Origin: Candidatus Zixiibacteriota bacterium
GTDB taxonomy: Bacteria; Zixibacteria; MSB-5A5; UBA10806; 4484-95
Direction: 5' to 3'
DNA: 64,000 nt
NCBI GenBank assembly: GCA_037441845.1
Contig: JBBIRK010000003.1
Span: forward strand, 256,001-320,000
In this document: positions 37,269 to 47,753 of the stretch, piece after piece
Position numbering within the stretch: position 1 is the first letter of the stretch
Layout: the number at the start of each line of letters is the position of its first letter
Notes under the pieces: generated by a model
Databases searched by the model: none
The model's input: the letters and a program-made list of their open reading frames with translations, nothing else
What the model was told of the DNA's origin: nothing
Position numbers and translations under genes: made by a program

Positions 37269-39664
37269 TGAGAATCAGTTATAAGTGGCTGCAAAGCCTA
37301 ATCGGATTCGATCCCCAAGACCCCGAATTTTCCCCGGAGGCGATTGCCGATCTATTGACGATGTCAGGCTCTTCTGTCGAATCGATCGAATCCAAAGGCA
37401 ATGATATAAAGGGAATAATCTTGGCGCGGATACTCGACGCACAGCCGATCGGTAACACCGATAATCTCTTCAAATGCTCTATCGATACCGGGAGTCGCCG
37501 AGCTCAGGTCGTCTGCGGAGCGCCCAACGCTAAAACCGATTTGACGGTCTTATATGCCCCTGCGGGTGCAGTTATCGCCGATGGAACGAAAATTTCGCAA
37601 ACCTCGATACGCGGCGTCCAATCGGAGGGAATGCTTTTGGCCGAAGACGAACTCGGAATATCCGATAAGCACGATAGGATAATCGAATTGGCCGATGATA
37701 TCCAACCCGGAACACCTCTCGAAAAGATTCTCGATTTATGCGATACGATTTACGATCTGGAAATCACGCCCAATCGTCCCGATTGTCTTTCACATATCGG
37801 AGTGGCCCGCGAATTGAAGGCGCTTACCGGTTTTGCGCTGAAATACAATCCTGCTTGCCCTTTTGAAATAAAACAAACGACCTCGAGCATGATCGAAATC
37901 CAGATCGCCGACCCCGATGGTTGTCCCAGATACACGGCGCGTATCGTTTCCGGAATTCGCGTGTCCGAGTCACCGCTATGGCTTAAACTCAGATTGCATT
38001 ACCTCGGCATCAGACCGATAAACAACATGGTGGATATCACCAATTACGTCATGCTCGAAACCGGCCAACCGTTGCATGCTTTCGATTTGGACCGCTTGGC
38101 CGAGCGGAGGGTGGTGGTTCGGAGGGCCGAAAATAGCGAGAAATTCGTCACCCTCGACGGGGTCGAACGGCAGCTTCGCGCTGATCATCTTCTTATCACC
38201 GACGGCAAAAGGGCGATTGCTCTGGCCGGGATTATGGGCGGAGCCAATACGGAAGTGACCGATGAAACGAAAACCGTCTTGATAGAATCGGCTTATTTCG
38301 ATCCGGTAACTATCCGCCGGGGAGCGAAACTGATCGGGCTTTCGACCGAATCATCGCAGCGTTTCGAGCGCGGCATGGATATCGAAATGGCTCCGAGGGC
38401 GAATGACCGGGCGGCGGCGCTTGCGCAAGAGATATGCGGCGGAAATGTATTGGACGGAATCGTGGACATTTACCCCAAACGGTTCAAACCAGCCGTGTTC
38501 GAATTTCGTCCGGAAAGAGCCATTGCCATGATCGGAGCCCGAATCGAAGTCGGCAAGATGAAAAAAATACTCGACGGCCTCGATATTGGATATTCCGACG
38601 GCGCCCGCATTGAAATAAGACAGCCGTCGTTCCGCCCTGATTTAACTCGAGAAATCGATATTATCGAGGAGATTGCCCGCATTCACGGTTTGAATAAAAT
38701 CCCCGAATCGTTTCGTGCGGGTGGCAGCCTGTTGAAAATTCCGCAAGCGAAGCGGGAAAGAGTGGATTCGCTCAGATCGTTTCTTGTCGGTCGTGGATTT
38801 ATCGAGACTTTTCAACTCACGCTAATCGATGGCAATCAGGTTCAGAAAATTTTCCCCGAGCTTGCCGTGGCCAGGCTTAAAAATCCTTTATCCGAAGAAC
38901 TATCGGCGTTGCGCCCCGACCTATTGTGTTCCATGGTCAGGACGATCCGCCATAACCTCAATTACGGCAATCGTGATCTGCGTTTATTCGAAATCGGCAA
39001 TGTCTTTCTTCCTCTCGAGAATGGGGAAATCTCCGAATCCGACAGATTATGTCTCGGCTTCAGCGGCCTTGCCAGTCCGATGAGCTGGCGCCAAAAATCC
39101 GTTCAATGCGATTTTTTCACCGCCGCAGGCGAACTGGAGCTTATCGCCGGCCATCTTGATTTGGCTAAAACCACTTTCCGGCCTGACCCCTGCGCCTATT
39201 TTGATAATGAATATTCTTTCAAAATTTATTATAATGACGTGGATGTCGGTCGCGTGGGCAAGTTGGCCGCTGTCGTGGCTCGACATTTCGGAATCAAACA
39301 GGAATGCTTCATGGCCGAAATCGAACTTGAGCGGTTGCTGGGTTTGACGGCGGCCGTAAAGTGCCATAAGGGGTTGCCCAAATATCCAGGAACGGATCGG
39401 GATATCGCTGTCGTGGTTGATTCCGACGTACGATGTTCCGAAATAATGGCGGTAATGGGCAAATCCGGCGGCGACTTGGTCGAGGAAATTTTTCCATTTG
39501 ACCTTTACAAGAAGGAAAATATCGGCCAAAATAAGAAAAGCATGGCTTTTCGACTTAAATTCCGCAGTCTCGAGCGGACCTTGACCGATGCCGAGGTCGA
39601 TGAGATAATGAAACGGATATTAGAAGCTCTCCGTCAAGAGGCCGGAGCCGAATTGAGGACCTGA
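37268..39664 (+). CDS. pheT: Phenylalanyl-tRNA synthetase beta subunit
   Basis: VVCGAPN, EITPNRPDCLS..GVARE, NYVMLETGQPLHAFD, FDX-ACB C-terminus. Confidence 0.99.
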   Translation: MRISYKWLQSLIGFDPQDPEFSPEAIADLLTMSGSSVESIESKGNDIKGIILARILDAQPIGNTDNLFKCSIDTGSRRAQVVCGAPNAKTDLTVLYAPAGAVIADGTKISQTSIRGVQSEGMLLAEDELGISDKHDRIIELADDIQPGTPLEKILDLCDTIYDLEITPNRPDCLSHIGVARELKALTGFALKYNPACPFEIKQTTSSMIEIQIADPDGCPRYTARIVSGIRVSESPLWLKLRLHYLGIRPINNMVDITNYVMLETGQPLHAFDLDRLAERRVVVRRAENSEKFVTLDGVERQLRADHLLITDGKRAIALAGIMGGANTEVTDETKTVLIESAYFDPVTIRRGAKLIGLSTESSQRFERGMDIEMAPRANDRAAALAQEICGGNVLDGIVDIYPKRFKPAVFEFRPERAIAMIGARIEVGKMKKILDGLDIGYSDGARIEIRQPSFRPDLTREIDIIEEIARIHGLNKIPESFRAGGSLLKIPQAKRERVDSLRSFLVGRGFIETFQLTLIDGNQVQKIFPELAVARLKNPLSEELSALRPDLLCSMVRTIRHNLNYGNRDLRLFEIGNVFLPLENGEISESDRLCLGFSGLASPMSWRQKSVQCDFFTAAGELELIAGHLDLAKTTFRPDPCAYFDNEYSFKIYYNDVDVGRVGKLAAVVARHFGIKQECFMAEIELERLLGLTAAVKCHKGLPKYPGTDRDIAVVVDSDVRCSEIMAVMGKSGGDLVEEIFPFDLYKKENIGQNKKSMAFRLKFRSLERTLTDAEVDEIMKRILEALRQEAGAELRT

Positions 39665-39671
39665 ACCGGTT

Positions 39672-39995
39672 ATGGAAAAACAGGAGTTTATTGATCAACC
39701 GACTGATCTCAAAGGCGATGCTCTCGAATCATTGGAAGCGATGGTTCGGGTAGCCACTGCCAAGATAAGCGAGCTGAAGGAGTTAAATAAGAAGCTCAAA
39801 GAAGAGGCAAACGAATATAAGCGGCTGCTTGCCTTGAGCGAAAAGAAAGCCGAACGGTTGAATCAGGAGCTTGAAAGCCGTTTCAATAAGGGTTACGAAG
39901 ATTGGCGCGACAAAGAGCGTCAAATCAAAGACAGGATAATGATGCTTGCTGCCAAAGTGGCGGCTTTCGAAAAAGCTTATTCAAAAGGTGGTTAA
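39672..39995 (+). CDS. Coiled-coil protein (ZapB-like by position)
   Basis: Heptad-rich, between pheT and zapA. Confidence 0.6.
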   Translation: MEKQEFIDQPTDLKGDALESLEAMVRVATAKISELKELNKKLKEEANEYKRLLALSEKKAERLNQELESRFNKGYEDWRDKERQIKDRIMMLAAKVAAFEKAYSKGG

Positions 39996-40034
39996 CTTTT
40001 AATATAGATCACTCTGGGAGGATTTGAAAATCCC

Positions 40035-40313
40035 ATGGACAGAAGCAGTGTCAGGGTGAAAATTTTTGGCACTGAGTATTGGTTTAGAGCCGATTCCGGC
40101 CATGACAATATAGTAGAGGCGGCTGGCCTCGTGGATGGCCATATGCAGGAAATAGCCAGAAAATGTCCGGATTTGCCCGAATTGCGGGCGGCGGTGCTGG
40201 CGGCGGTTAATCTCGCCTCGGAATTGCTGAATTATCGCCGCCAATACCCGGAAAATCTGGAGCAAAAGGCAAAGGAATTGGCAGCTATTCTGGATTCTGC
40301 CCTCCGGGATTGA
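40035..40313 (+). CDS. zapA: Cell division protein ZapA
   Basis: [26 protein letters not shown]. Confidence 0.9.
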   Translation: MDRSSVRVKIFGTEYWFRADSGHDNIVEAAGLVDGHMQEIARKCPDLPELRAAVLAAVNLASELLNYRRQYPENLEQKAKELAAILDSALRD

Positions 40314-40341
40314 GTTCCTCCTGACGCCTGAAGGAGGCGCC

Positions 40342-41907
40342 ATGTCATCAATTTACATCATTGTTTTTATAAGCGTGGCTCTGATTATCGCCGCCTTCTT
40401 TATCGGCTTGGCTATTTCCCGCCGAATAGCCGAGAAGAAAGTGGCGATGGCTGAAGAGCATGCGGCCAAGATCATCGCTGAAGCCCACAAGGAAGCCGAA
40501 GTCAAGAAAAAGGAAGCCCTGCTCGAGGCCAAAGATCAATGGTTGAAAGAAAAAGCCAAGTTCGAAAAGGAAACCAGCGAAAAGCGAAACGAAATCCTCA
40601 AACTCGAAACCAGATTACGGGATCGTGAACTGTCGTTGAACCGCCGCGTCGATCTGGTCAACAACAAAGAAAAAGAGCTCGCCAATCGCGATAAGTTGCT
40701 CACTGCCAGAGAAAGAGCGATACTGCATAAGGAAAAACAGCTCGAAGGTTTGATCAACGAACAAAATGTTCAGCTCGAAAAAATCTCGGGCATGACGTCG
40801 GCCGAGGCCAAAAAGTTGTTGCTCGAAAATCTCGAATCCGAAGCCCGCAGGGAAGCAGCTCAACTTATCAAAGAAATCAAAGAGCAGGCCGAACGCGACG
40901 CGGATAAGGAAGCCAAAAACATCATAATTCAGGCTATACAGCGCTGCGCCGCCGACTATTCGGTCGAGGCCTGCGTTTCTGTCGTCCAGTTGCCCTCGGA
41001 CGAAATGAAAGGACGCATAATCGGCCGCGAGGGGCGTAACATTCGCTCTTTCGAAACCGCGACCGGAATCGATGTCATCGTCGATGACACCCCCGAAGCG
41101 GTGATTTTATCGGGATATGATCCGGTGCGCCGGGAAATCGCCCGCCTGGCTCTCGAAAAATTGATAATGGACGGACGAATTCATCCGTCGCGGATCGAGG
41201 AAATCGTTGCTAAAGCCGAAAAGGAAATGGAAGTGATAATCCGCGAAATCGGCGAACAAGCATGCTTTGATGTCGGTATCCACGGCGTCCATCCGGAAAT
41301 AATCAAGCTTATCGGGAAATTGAATTATCGCACGAGTTACGGCCAAAACGTGCTCCAACATTCCAAAGAGGTGGCTTTTATCTGCGGAATCATGGCCGTG
41401 GAACTCGGACTTGACCCCAATCTCGCCAAAAGAGCCGGGCTGTTGCATGACCTGGGCAAAGCGATAGATCGCGAAACCGAAGGAACGCATACCCAGTTGG
41501 GGGTCGCCTTCGCCTCCCGATTCAATGAGCATCCGGCGGTGCTTAACGCCATGGCCAGCCATCATGAGGATGTTCCCATGGAGACCCCTTACGCCGTATT
41601 GGTGCAGGCCGCCGACGCCATTTCCGGCGCCAGACCGGGAGCCCGCAGGGAATCGCTCGAGGGCTATATTAAACGCCTGGAAAAACTCGAAGAACTCGCC
41701 GATTCGTTCTCCGGTGTCGGTAAGGCATACGCAATTCAGGCCGGACGCGAAATCCGAGTGATCGTCGAATCGGATAAAATAGACGATGTCGGTTCCGCGC
41801 AACTCGCTGCGGATATAGCTCGCAAAATCGAGCAGGAGCTGGAATATCCGGGTCAAATAAAAGTGACCGTCATAAGAGAGACGAGAAATGTCGAATACGC
41901 TCGTTGA
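40342..41907 (+). CDS. rny: Ribonuclease Y
   Basis: N-terminal TM, coiled coil, KH ([14 protein letters not shown]), HD (LLHDLGK), [12 protein letters not shown]. Confidence 0.98.
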   Translation: MSSIYIIVFISVALIIAAFFIGLAISRRIAEKKVAMAEEHAAKIIAEAHKEAEVKKKEALLEAKDQWLKEKAKFEKETSEKRNEILKLETRLRDRELSLNRRVDLVNNKEKELANRDKLLTARERAILHKEKQLEGLINEQNVQLEKISGMTSAEAKKLLLENLESEARREAAQLIKEIKEQAERDADKEAKNIIIQAIQRCAADYSVEACVSVVQLPSDEMKGRIIGREGRNIRSFETATGIDVIVDDTPEAVILSGYDPVRREIARLALEKLIMDGRIHPSRIEEIVAKAEKEMEVIIREIGEQACFDVGIHGVHPEIIKLIGKLNYRTSYGQNVLQHSKEVAFICGIMAVELGLDPNLAKRAGLLHDLGKAIDRETEGTHTQLGVAFASRFNEHPAVLNAMASHHEDVPMETPYAVLVQAADAISGARPGARRESLEGYIKRLEKLEELADSFSGVGKAYAIQAGREIRVIVESDKIDDVGSAQLAADIARKIEQELEYPGQIKVTVIRETRNVEYAR

Positions 41908-42316
41908 TATCGCCGAATTTTTCGAGGCCGATTCTTTTATCCTTTTCGGCGAATCGCCCAGGCGTAAGACATTCGCCGCCGCCATAAGAAAAGAGCTCGA
42001 AAAGAACGGCCGCAGGGTTTTTGCGGCCACACGATCCTTCGACGGCGAAATTGACACCGAGTCCGTTTCTTATGATACCTGCGATAGGGCGATAATAGCG
42101 ATGGCCAGAAAAAACACCAAATCGATAGTCGATAAATTGAAAAATTCGGGAATCACCAGAGTATTTTTGCAGAACGGTTCATATGACGACGAAATCTTGG
42201 CCGCATTTCGAGACGCGGGTATTGCAGTCAGCAAAGGTTGCGTTTTGATGTATTTACCTGAATCCGGCGGCATCCATCGTTTCCATCGATGGCTTCATTC
42301 GCTTTTTGCCCGGTGA
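41888..42316 (+). CDS. CoA-binding (YccU-like) domain protein
   Basis: GI.RVFLQ.G, GCVLMYL, IHRFHRW tail. Confidence 0.6.
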   Translation: MSNTLVDIAEFFEADSFILFGESPRRKTFAAAIRKELEKNGRRVFAATRSFDGEIDTESVSYDTCDRAIIAMARKNTKSIVDKLKNSGITRVFLQNGSYDDEILAAFRDAGIAVSKGCVLMYLPESGGIHRFHRWLHSLFAR

Positions 42317-42317
42317 A

Positions 42318-43118
42318 ATGCGCGTACTATTTATAGGCGATATCGTGGGTGATCCGGGAATCGAGGCCGTCACGAAAGTCATGGTGGGATTTCAAACGAC
42401 AGGAATCGCATATGACTTCGCGATTGCGAACGTGGAAAATATCGCGGGTGGGTTCGGGGTAACGGAAAAGGCTTTGAGGAAAATCGAGCAGCTCGGAATC
42501 GACTGTTTCACTTCGGGAAATCACATTTGGAACCGCCCCGAAGTCGGCGAAATCCTGATTCAAAACGACAATTTGCTCAGGCCCGCCAATTATCCTCCGG
42601 ACAATCCGGGATTCGGCTGGCAGTCATTCAAGGCGAAGTCGGGACAAGAGATCGTGGTTATCAATCTTCAGGGTAGAACATACATGCAAAATATCGATTG
42701 CCCGTTCCGCAGCGCCGATAATATCCTCGAGAAAATCGGGGGCCGCTGCAAAATCAAAATCGTCGATTTTCACGCCGACGCCTCGAGCGAAAAGCAGGCC
42801 ATGGGATGGTATCTTGACGGTCGGGTATCGGCCGTCATAGGAACTCATACGCATGTACAAACGGCGGATGAGCGGGTTTTGCCGCAGGGGACCGGATTCA
42901 TAACCGATGCCGGAATGTGCGGGCCGCATGATTCAATTATCGGAATGAAAATCGAGGACGTGTTGGTGCGGTTTATTAAAGGTCGGCCGGAACGTCTTCA
43001 CGTAGCCGATCGCAATTTGAAATTCGCCGGCGTAATAATGGATATCGACGATAGCACCGGAGGATGCATCTCGATCGAGCGGCTGCTCGTCGATGCGCAG
43101 CCGCCTGCCAAGGGATAG
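42318..43118 (+). CDS. ymdB: YmdB / TIGR00282 family metallophosphoesterase
   Basis: FIGDIVG, ANVEN.AGG.G, TSGNH, VDFHA..SSEK, GTHTHVQTAD. Confidence 0.93.
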   Translation: MRVLFIGDIVGDPGIEAVTKVMVGFQTTGIAYDFAIANVENIAGGFGVTEKALRKIEQLGIDCFTSGNHIWNRPEVGEILIQNDNLLRPANYPPDNPGFGWQSFKAKSGQEIVVINLQGRTYMQNIDCPFRSADNILEKIGGRCKIKIVDFHADASSEKQAMGWYLDGRVSAVIGTHTHVQTADERVLPQGTGFITDAGMCGPHDSIIGMKIEDVLVRFIKGRPERLHVADRNLKFAGVIMDIDDSTGGCISIERLLVDAQPPAKG

Positions 43119-43122
43119 GAAG

Positions 43123-44001
43123 TTGAGCGCGATAATTATCGATGGCAAAAGAATCGCCGACGAAATAAGGGGCGAACTTTCCGAAAAAATCCGTATCCTC
43201 AAAGAGAAAGGAATCGTTCCGGGATTGGCCGCGGTGCTGGTCGGAGATAACCCGGCCTCGAAATTATATGTAGATATGAAAAGCAAAGCCTGCCAAGAGC
43301 TGGGGATTTATTCGGAGAAAATCGTCAAGCCGTCGGACTTTCCCGAATCGGCTCTGCTCGAATTGATCGATGAACTGAATCGGCGGAAAGATATTCACGG
43401 AATCTTGGTTCAATCGCCTTTACCCAAAGGAATCGACGAAGGCAAGGCGATTTTGAGAATAACGCCGGATAAAGATGTCGATGGTTTTCATCCTATAAAT
43501 CAGGGATTGATGCTTTCGGGCAATCCCCGTTTTCTGCCGGCGACGCCCGCAGGGATAGTCGAGTTGCTTTGGCGTTCCGGTATTAAAGTCAGCGGCAGGC
43601 ATGTGGTAATACTCGGCCGGGGATATCTGGTAGGAAAGCCATTGGCGGTCTTACTTGCCAATAAATGGCCTAAGGGAAACGCCACCGTTACCCTTTGTCA
43701 TACCCAAACAGTGAATATCGCCGATTATTGCCGCAGCGCGGATATTCTGGTGGCGGCGATGGGAGTCGCGAAATTCGTGACCGCGGATATGGTAAAACCA
43801 GGCGCGGTGGTTATAGATGTGGGCACCAATCGAATCAAAGATGATTCGCATCCGCGCGGCTATCGGGTGGTGGGGGACGTCGATTTCGAATCGGTTAAGA
43901 CGGTAGCCTCGGCGATAACGCCCGTGCCCGGGGGCGTCGGGCCGATGACGATCGCAATGCTATTGACAAACACGTTGAAAGCCGCGGAATGGATTAGTTA
44001 G
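43123..44001 (+). CDS. folD: Methylenetetrahydrofolate dehydrogenase/cyclohydrolase
   Basis: IIDGK, GILVQ.PLP, KDVDGFHP, ITPVPGGVGPMTIAML; TTG start at 43123 inferred. Confidence 0.97.
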   Translation: MSAIIIDGKRIADEIRGELSEKIRILKEKGIVPGLAAVLVGDNPASKLYVDMKSKACQELGIYSEKIVKPSDFPESALLELIDELNRRKDIHGILVQSPLPKGIDEGKAILRITPDKDVDGFHPINQGLMLSGNPRFLPATPAGIVELLWRSGIKVSGRHVVILGRGYLVGKPLAVLLANKWPKGNATVTLCHTQTVNIADYCRSADILVAAMGVAKFVTADMVKPGAVVIDVGTNRIKDDSHPRGYRVVGDVDFESVKTVASAITPVPGGVGPMTIAMLLTNTLKAAEWIS

Positions 44002-45207
44002 ATGCCAGATAAGATATTAACCGTTACAGAATTAACGCAATCGATTAAACAATTACTTGAATCAGCTTTTCCGTCGGTTTGGGTGGAAGGCGAAATATCC
44101 AATTATATTGAGCACACGTCCGGCCATCGCTATTTCACGATAAAAGACGAAGGCGCCCAGATTAAATGCGTGATCTGGAGAGGTATGAGCCGATATTTAT
44201 TTTTTGAGCCGAAAAACGGGATGAAGGTGCGGGCTTGCGGCCAAATCACGGTATATGAAAAATCCGGCCAATATCAGTTAATAGTCAGCAGCCTGCAGCC
44301 ATCGGGAATAGGCGCGCTCGAACTCGCTTTTCAACAGCTCAAAGCCAAACTCGATGCGGAAGGGCTGTTCGATCCCCGCCACAAGAAAGAAATCCCCGAA
44401 TTTCCCGACGCGATCGGAATCGTGACATCGCCGACCGGAGCCGCAATCCGCGATATCCTCAACATAACCGGGCGTCGCGCGCCGTGGGTGGAAAGGATTC
44501 TGAGACCGGTCAGGGTACAAGGTGAAGGTGCAGCCAAAGAAATCGCCGAGGCTGTTAAAGAATTCAACCAATATGGAAAAGTGGATGTGCTGATAGTCGG
44601 TCGCGGCGGCGGCTCTCTCGAGGATTTATGGCCTTTCAATGAGGAAATAGTCGCCCGGGCGATTTTCAATTCGAAAATACCGGTGATTTCTGCGGTGGGC
44701 CACGAGGTAGATTTCACGATCGCCGATTTCGTGGCGGACCTGCGCGCGCCGACCCCATCGGCGGCGGCCGAGCTTGCGGTGCCCGACGGCGCTGATCTTT
44801 TGGCATATTTTCGGGAAAGGTTCGCTCGAATATGCAGACTGCAGGCGGCGGGAATCCGCAACAGCCGTCGGCGCCTCGAAGAGGCTGTGTCACGCTATGG
44901 TCTTAGGCGCCCGCTTCAAATAGTCGATACGAGGCTTCAAGCTCTCGACGACCTTAATGATTTATTCCGCAAAACATCCTTGCATGTATTCGAACGTTTC
45001 AATAATTTACTTAAGGTGACGAATGCCCGATTGCAGGCCGTATCCCCGGTGAAAATAATGGAGCGGGGTTTTGCTTTCATTACCTTGTCCCGGACGGGGG
45101 ATGTCTTAAAGAGCTTTACCCAAATTGCGATCGGAGATAAAATAGATATACGACTCGCCCGGGGTGGTGCCGCGGCGACTATCAATAAAATAAGAGGTGC
45201 CAATTGA
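44002..45207 (+). CDS. xseA: Exodeoxyribonuclease VII large subunit
   Basis: VWVEGEISN, SGH.YFT.KD, GRGGGSLEDLW.FNEE, SAVGHE.DFTI.DFVAD.RAPTPSAAAE. Confidence 0.97.
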   Translation: MPDKILTVTELTQSIKQLLESAFPSVWVEGEISNYIEHTSGHRYFTIKDEGAQIKCVIWRGMSRYLFFEPKNGMKVRACGQITVYEKSGQYQLIVSSLQPSGIGALELAFQQLKAKLDAEGLFDPRHKKEIPEFPDAIGIVTSPTGAAIRDILNITGRRAPWVERILRPVRVQGEGAAKEIAEAVKEFNQYGKVDVLIVGRGGGSLEDLWPFNEEIVARAIFNSKIPVISAVGHEVDFTIADFVADLRAPTPSAAAELAVPDGADLLAYFRERFARICRLQAAGIRNSRRRLEEAVSRYGLRRPLQIVDTRLQALDDLNDLFRKTSLHVFERFNNLLKVTNARLQAVSPVKIMERGFAFITLSRTGDVLKSFTQIAIGDKIDIRLARGGAAATINKIRGAN

Positions 45208-45539
45208 GCGACGACACCAAGATGTACTATTCCATTTCCGAAGTTGCCGGTATGCTGAGTCTCGAACCTTATGTACTTCGTTTTTGGGAGAGGGAATTTC
45301 CCCAACTTAAACCCAAAAAAAATCGTGCCGGCAATCGCATATACCAACAGAAAGAAATCGACCTGCTCATGCAGATAAAATTTCTCTTATACGAAAAAGG
45401 TTTCACGATAGAGGGCGCCAGGAATCACCTTAAAAACGGAATTCAGGAGGATAAAAGCGCCGACAGAACCGAAATGGCCATGGCTCTGCTCGGGGAGATA
45501 AGAAAAGAACTCGATGAGATTCTGAAGATGCTCTCCTGA
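45204..45539 (+). CDS. MerR-family HTH regulator
   Basis: YYSISEVA..L.LEPYVLRFWE.EFPQLKP.K...NR.Y, LLYEKGFTIEGAR. Confidence 0.92.
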   Translation: MSDDTKMYYSISEVAGMLSLEPYVLRFWEREFPQLKPKKNRAGNRIYQQKEIDLLMQIKFLLYEKGFTIEGARNHLKNGIQEDKSADRTEMAMALLGEIRKELDEILKMLS

Positions 45540-45586
45540 TGCCGGTGGCTCAACGTTATATCTATTCCTAAATGCCCCCTTTTGTC

Positions 45587-45614
45587 TTGATTTTTGTCGA
45601 CCGTTATATATAAT
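45587..45614 (+). promoter_or_regulatory. Sigma70-type promoter for tRNA-Pro
   Basis: TTGATT-N16-TATAAT ending 8 nt before the tRNA. Confidence 0.55.
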
Positions 45615-45622
45615 GAACTTAT

Positions 45623-45697
45623 CGGGGCGTAGCGCAGCCTGGTTAGCGCACTTGCTTGGGGTGCAAGTGGTCGGCCGTTCAAATCGGCTCGCCCCGA
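45623..45697 (+). tRNA. tRNA-Pro(GGG)
   Basis: CGGGGCG/CGCCCCG acceptor, anticodon arm CTTGC-TTGGGGT-GCAAG, GTTCAAATC. Confidence 0.96.
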
Positions 45698-45757
45698 CGA
45701 TGTTTTAAGAGTTTGCAAGCATTAGGAATCGTATCGATTGTTAGCTGCCGCTGATAT

Positions 45758-46495
45758 ATGAATGAAAGAAAAGAATCCCCGCCTAAGTATTATGATTTCC
45801 TGACCGCGCTTTTCGTGACCGTCTTATTGGTCAGCAATATCGCTTCATCGGCCAAAATCGTAGATTCAGGCTTGACGCTCCTGAAAATACGGTTGGTATT
45901 CGATGCCGGCACTTTGCTATTCCCCCTCAGCTACATTTTCGGAGATATCTTGACCGAAGTCTATGGCTACGGCCGCGGCAGGCGGGTTATCTGGATCGGT
46001 TTTTTCTGCTCAGGATTGACAAGTTTGGTTCTCTGGATCGTCGGAATGATGCCGGCGGAAACGGGTTGGGCGGAACTGGTGGGTCAGGAAAAATTCGATC
46101 TCGTTCTCGGTGGAATGAAAAGCGGAGCCATAGTTGCGGCAAGTCTTCTGGCATATCTATTCGGCGAATTCTCTAATTCCGTAGTCCTGTCACGCATGAA
46201 AATAATGACAAAAGGGAGGTTTCTCTGGACGCGCACGATTTCCAGCACTCTGGTCGGCCAAGCGATCGATACCGCGGCTTTCATATCGTTGGCTACGCTT
46301 TTCCGCGTCCCCGGATTCTCTCCGCAAATCTGGCTCTCCCTAATAATCACCAATTACATTTTCAAATGCGGAGTAGAGGCGGCCATGACTCCCGTAACCT
46401 ATTTAGTGGTGAATAAATTGAAAAAGGCGGAAAATTGCGATCATTATGATTATAACCTGAACTACAACCCGTTTCGTCTAAGCGCTGCCGAATAA
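45758..46495 (+). CDS. Queuosine precursor transporter (YhhQ/VUT family)
   Basis: LL.SNI..AK, FPLSYIFGDILTEVYGY..GRRVIW.GF, LWTRTI.STLVGQ.IDT. Confidence 0.9.
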   Translation: MNERKESPPKYYDFLTALFVTVLLVSNIASSAKIVDSGLTLLKIRLVFDAGTLLFPLSYIFGDILTEVYGYGRGRRVIWIGFFCSGLTSLVLWIVGMMPAETGWAELVGQEKFDLVLGGMKSGAIVAASLLAYLFGEFSNSVVLSRMKIMTKGRFLWTRTISSTLVGQAIDTAAFISLATLFRVPGFSPQIWLSLIITNYIFKCGVEAAMTPVTYLVVNKLKKAENCDHYDYNLNYNPFRLSAAE

Positions 46496-46876
46496 CCTCT
46501 TTCAGAGCAGTTTATTATCCCCCGAAAAAGATTCCCTTGATTATATGACAGTCGATTTGTTTTGGCTTTGAAAAAGCTCCAAACAAATAGAGTCCGGCTT
46601 CTACGAAAAGCACGGACTCCAAACCAAAAACAAGGAGGGTCAATGACAATATATATCCTGCCCCCGATGGAAGCAAGCAATAAATAAGCAATACTTCAAT
46701 AATCAGTCCGGGTCTGCTGGCCGCTCCACATTTTTTGTTCGTCAAGTCAATCCGGTTGGCATCGATCATCACAATCGATTATTTCTCATTAAATTGGACC
46801 CAAGTCGGGAAAATCCAATGCTACCGGCGATAAGTTTTTATCCAAAACCTCTTTTCCTGGTTGCTCGGGTTAATTG

Positions 46877-46906
46877 TTGACAACTTTCGTCCATAATTAT
46901 TATAAT
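46877..46906 (+). promoter_or_regulatory. Consensus sigma70 promoter
   Basis: TTGACA-N18-TATAAT upstream of the SDR gene. Confidence 0.65.
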
Positions 46907-46935
46907 AACTCCCTAATTTAAGGAAGGATCTACTG

Positions 46936-47685
46936 ATGAAGGAATTATCGGGCAAGACAGCCTTGGTTACCGGCGGTACCAAGGGAATCGGCAAAGCCGT
47001 GGCGATCAAACTCGCGGAAATGGGTGCCGACGTGGTGGTCATTTATCTTAGAAGCCGAAATGCGGCAGAAGCCACGATCGAAGAGTTACGCCGACTCGGG
47101 ACCGATCCGTTGGCGATCAGAGCCAATATCGGCAACCACGACAAGATGCACAAAATTTTCGATGAGATCAAGGCCAAGTACGGCAAACTCGACATTTTCG
47201 TGTCCAATGCCGCTCTGGGCATTTTCACCTCCGCCATGGATATAAACGATCGAGCCTGGCACCTGTCGATGGATACAAATGCTGAAGCTTTTCTGAAGGC
47301 CGTGCAGTTTGCGCGGGAAATGATGCCTGATGGGTCGAAAATCGTGGCTCTCTCCTCGCTCGGGTCGGTCAGATATATAGGCGGATACGCGGCGATCGGT
47401 GCCTCCAAAGCCGCTATCGAAACGCTCACCCGCTATTTCGCCTATGAGCTGGCTCCGCGCCATATCAATGTCAACACCGTTTCCGGCGGATTTATCGATA
47501 CCGACGCGCTCAAGGGATTCCCCAATTATGAGCAGATGGTCGAGGAGGTTATTAGGCGCACGCCATTCAAGCGGGTCGGCAATGTCGATGATATCGCCGA
47601 AGTTGTGGTTTTTCTCTGCACCGAAAAAGCCAGATGGATCACGGGCCAAGTGATAGTGGTCGATGGAGGCTATTCCCTGGCTTAA
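46936..47685 (+). CDS. SDR oxidoreductase, enoyl-ACP reductase FabL-like
   Basis: TGGTKGIG, VSNAA.G, Y-x6-K motif (YAAIGASK), IDTDALK.FPN. Confidence 0.8.
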   Translation: MKELSGKTALVTGGTKGIGKAVAIKLAEMGADVVVIYLRSRNAAEATIEELRRLGTDPLAIRANIGNHDKMHKIFDEIKAKYGKLDIFVSNAALGIFTSAMDINDRAWHLSMDTNAEAFLKAVQFAREMMPDGSKIVALSSLGSVRYIGGYAAIGASKAAIETLTRYFAYELAPRHINVNTVSGGFIDTDALKGFPNYEQMVEEVIRRTPFKRVGNVDDIAEVVVFLCTEKARWITGQVIVVDGGYSLA

Positions 47686-47753
47686 AATCAGTATGTTTTC
47701 TTGTTTCCGGCGCGTTTGTTGACGATAATGAATATATCGGTATATTCGCGGAT

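Noticed and set aside
40314..40341. 6S RNA expected after zapA
   Set aside because: The gap is only 28 nt
45698..45757. preQ1 riboswitch upstream of the queuosine-precursor transporter
   Set aside because: No preQ1-type stem-loop with A-rich tail is visible
46550..46625. c-di-GMP-I riboswitch reading of the two hairpins
   Set aside because: The conserved GCAAA segments and P1 pairing are missing
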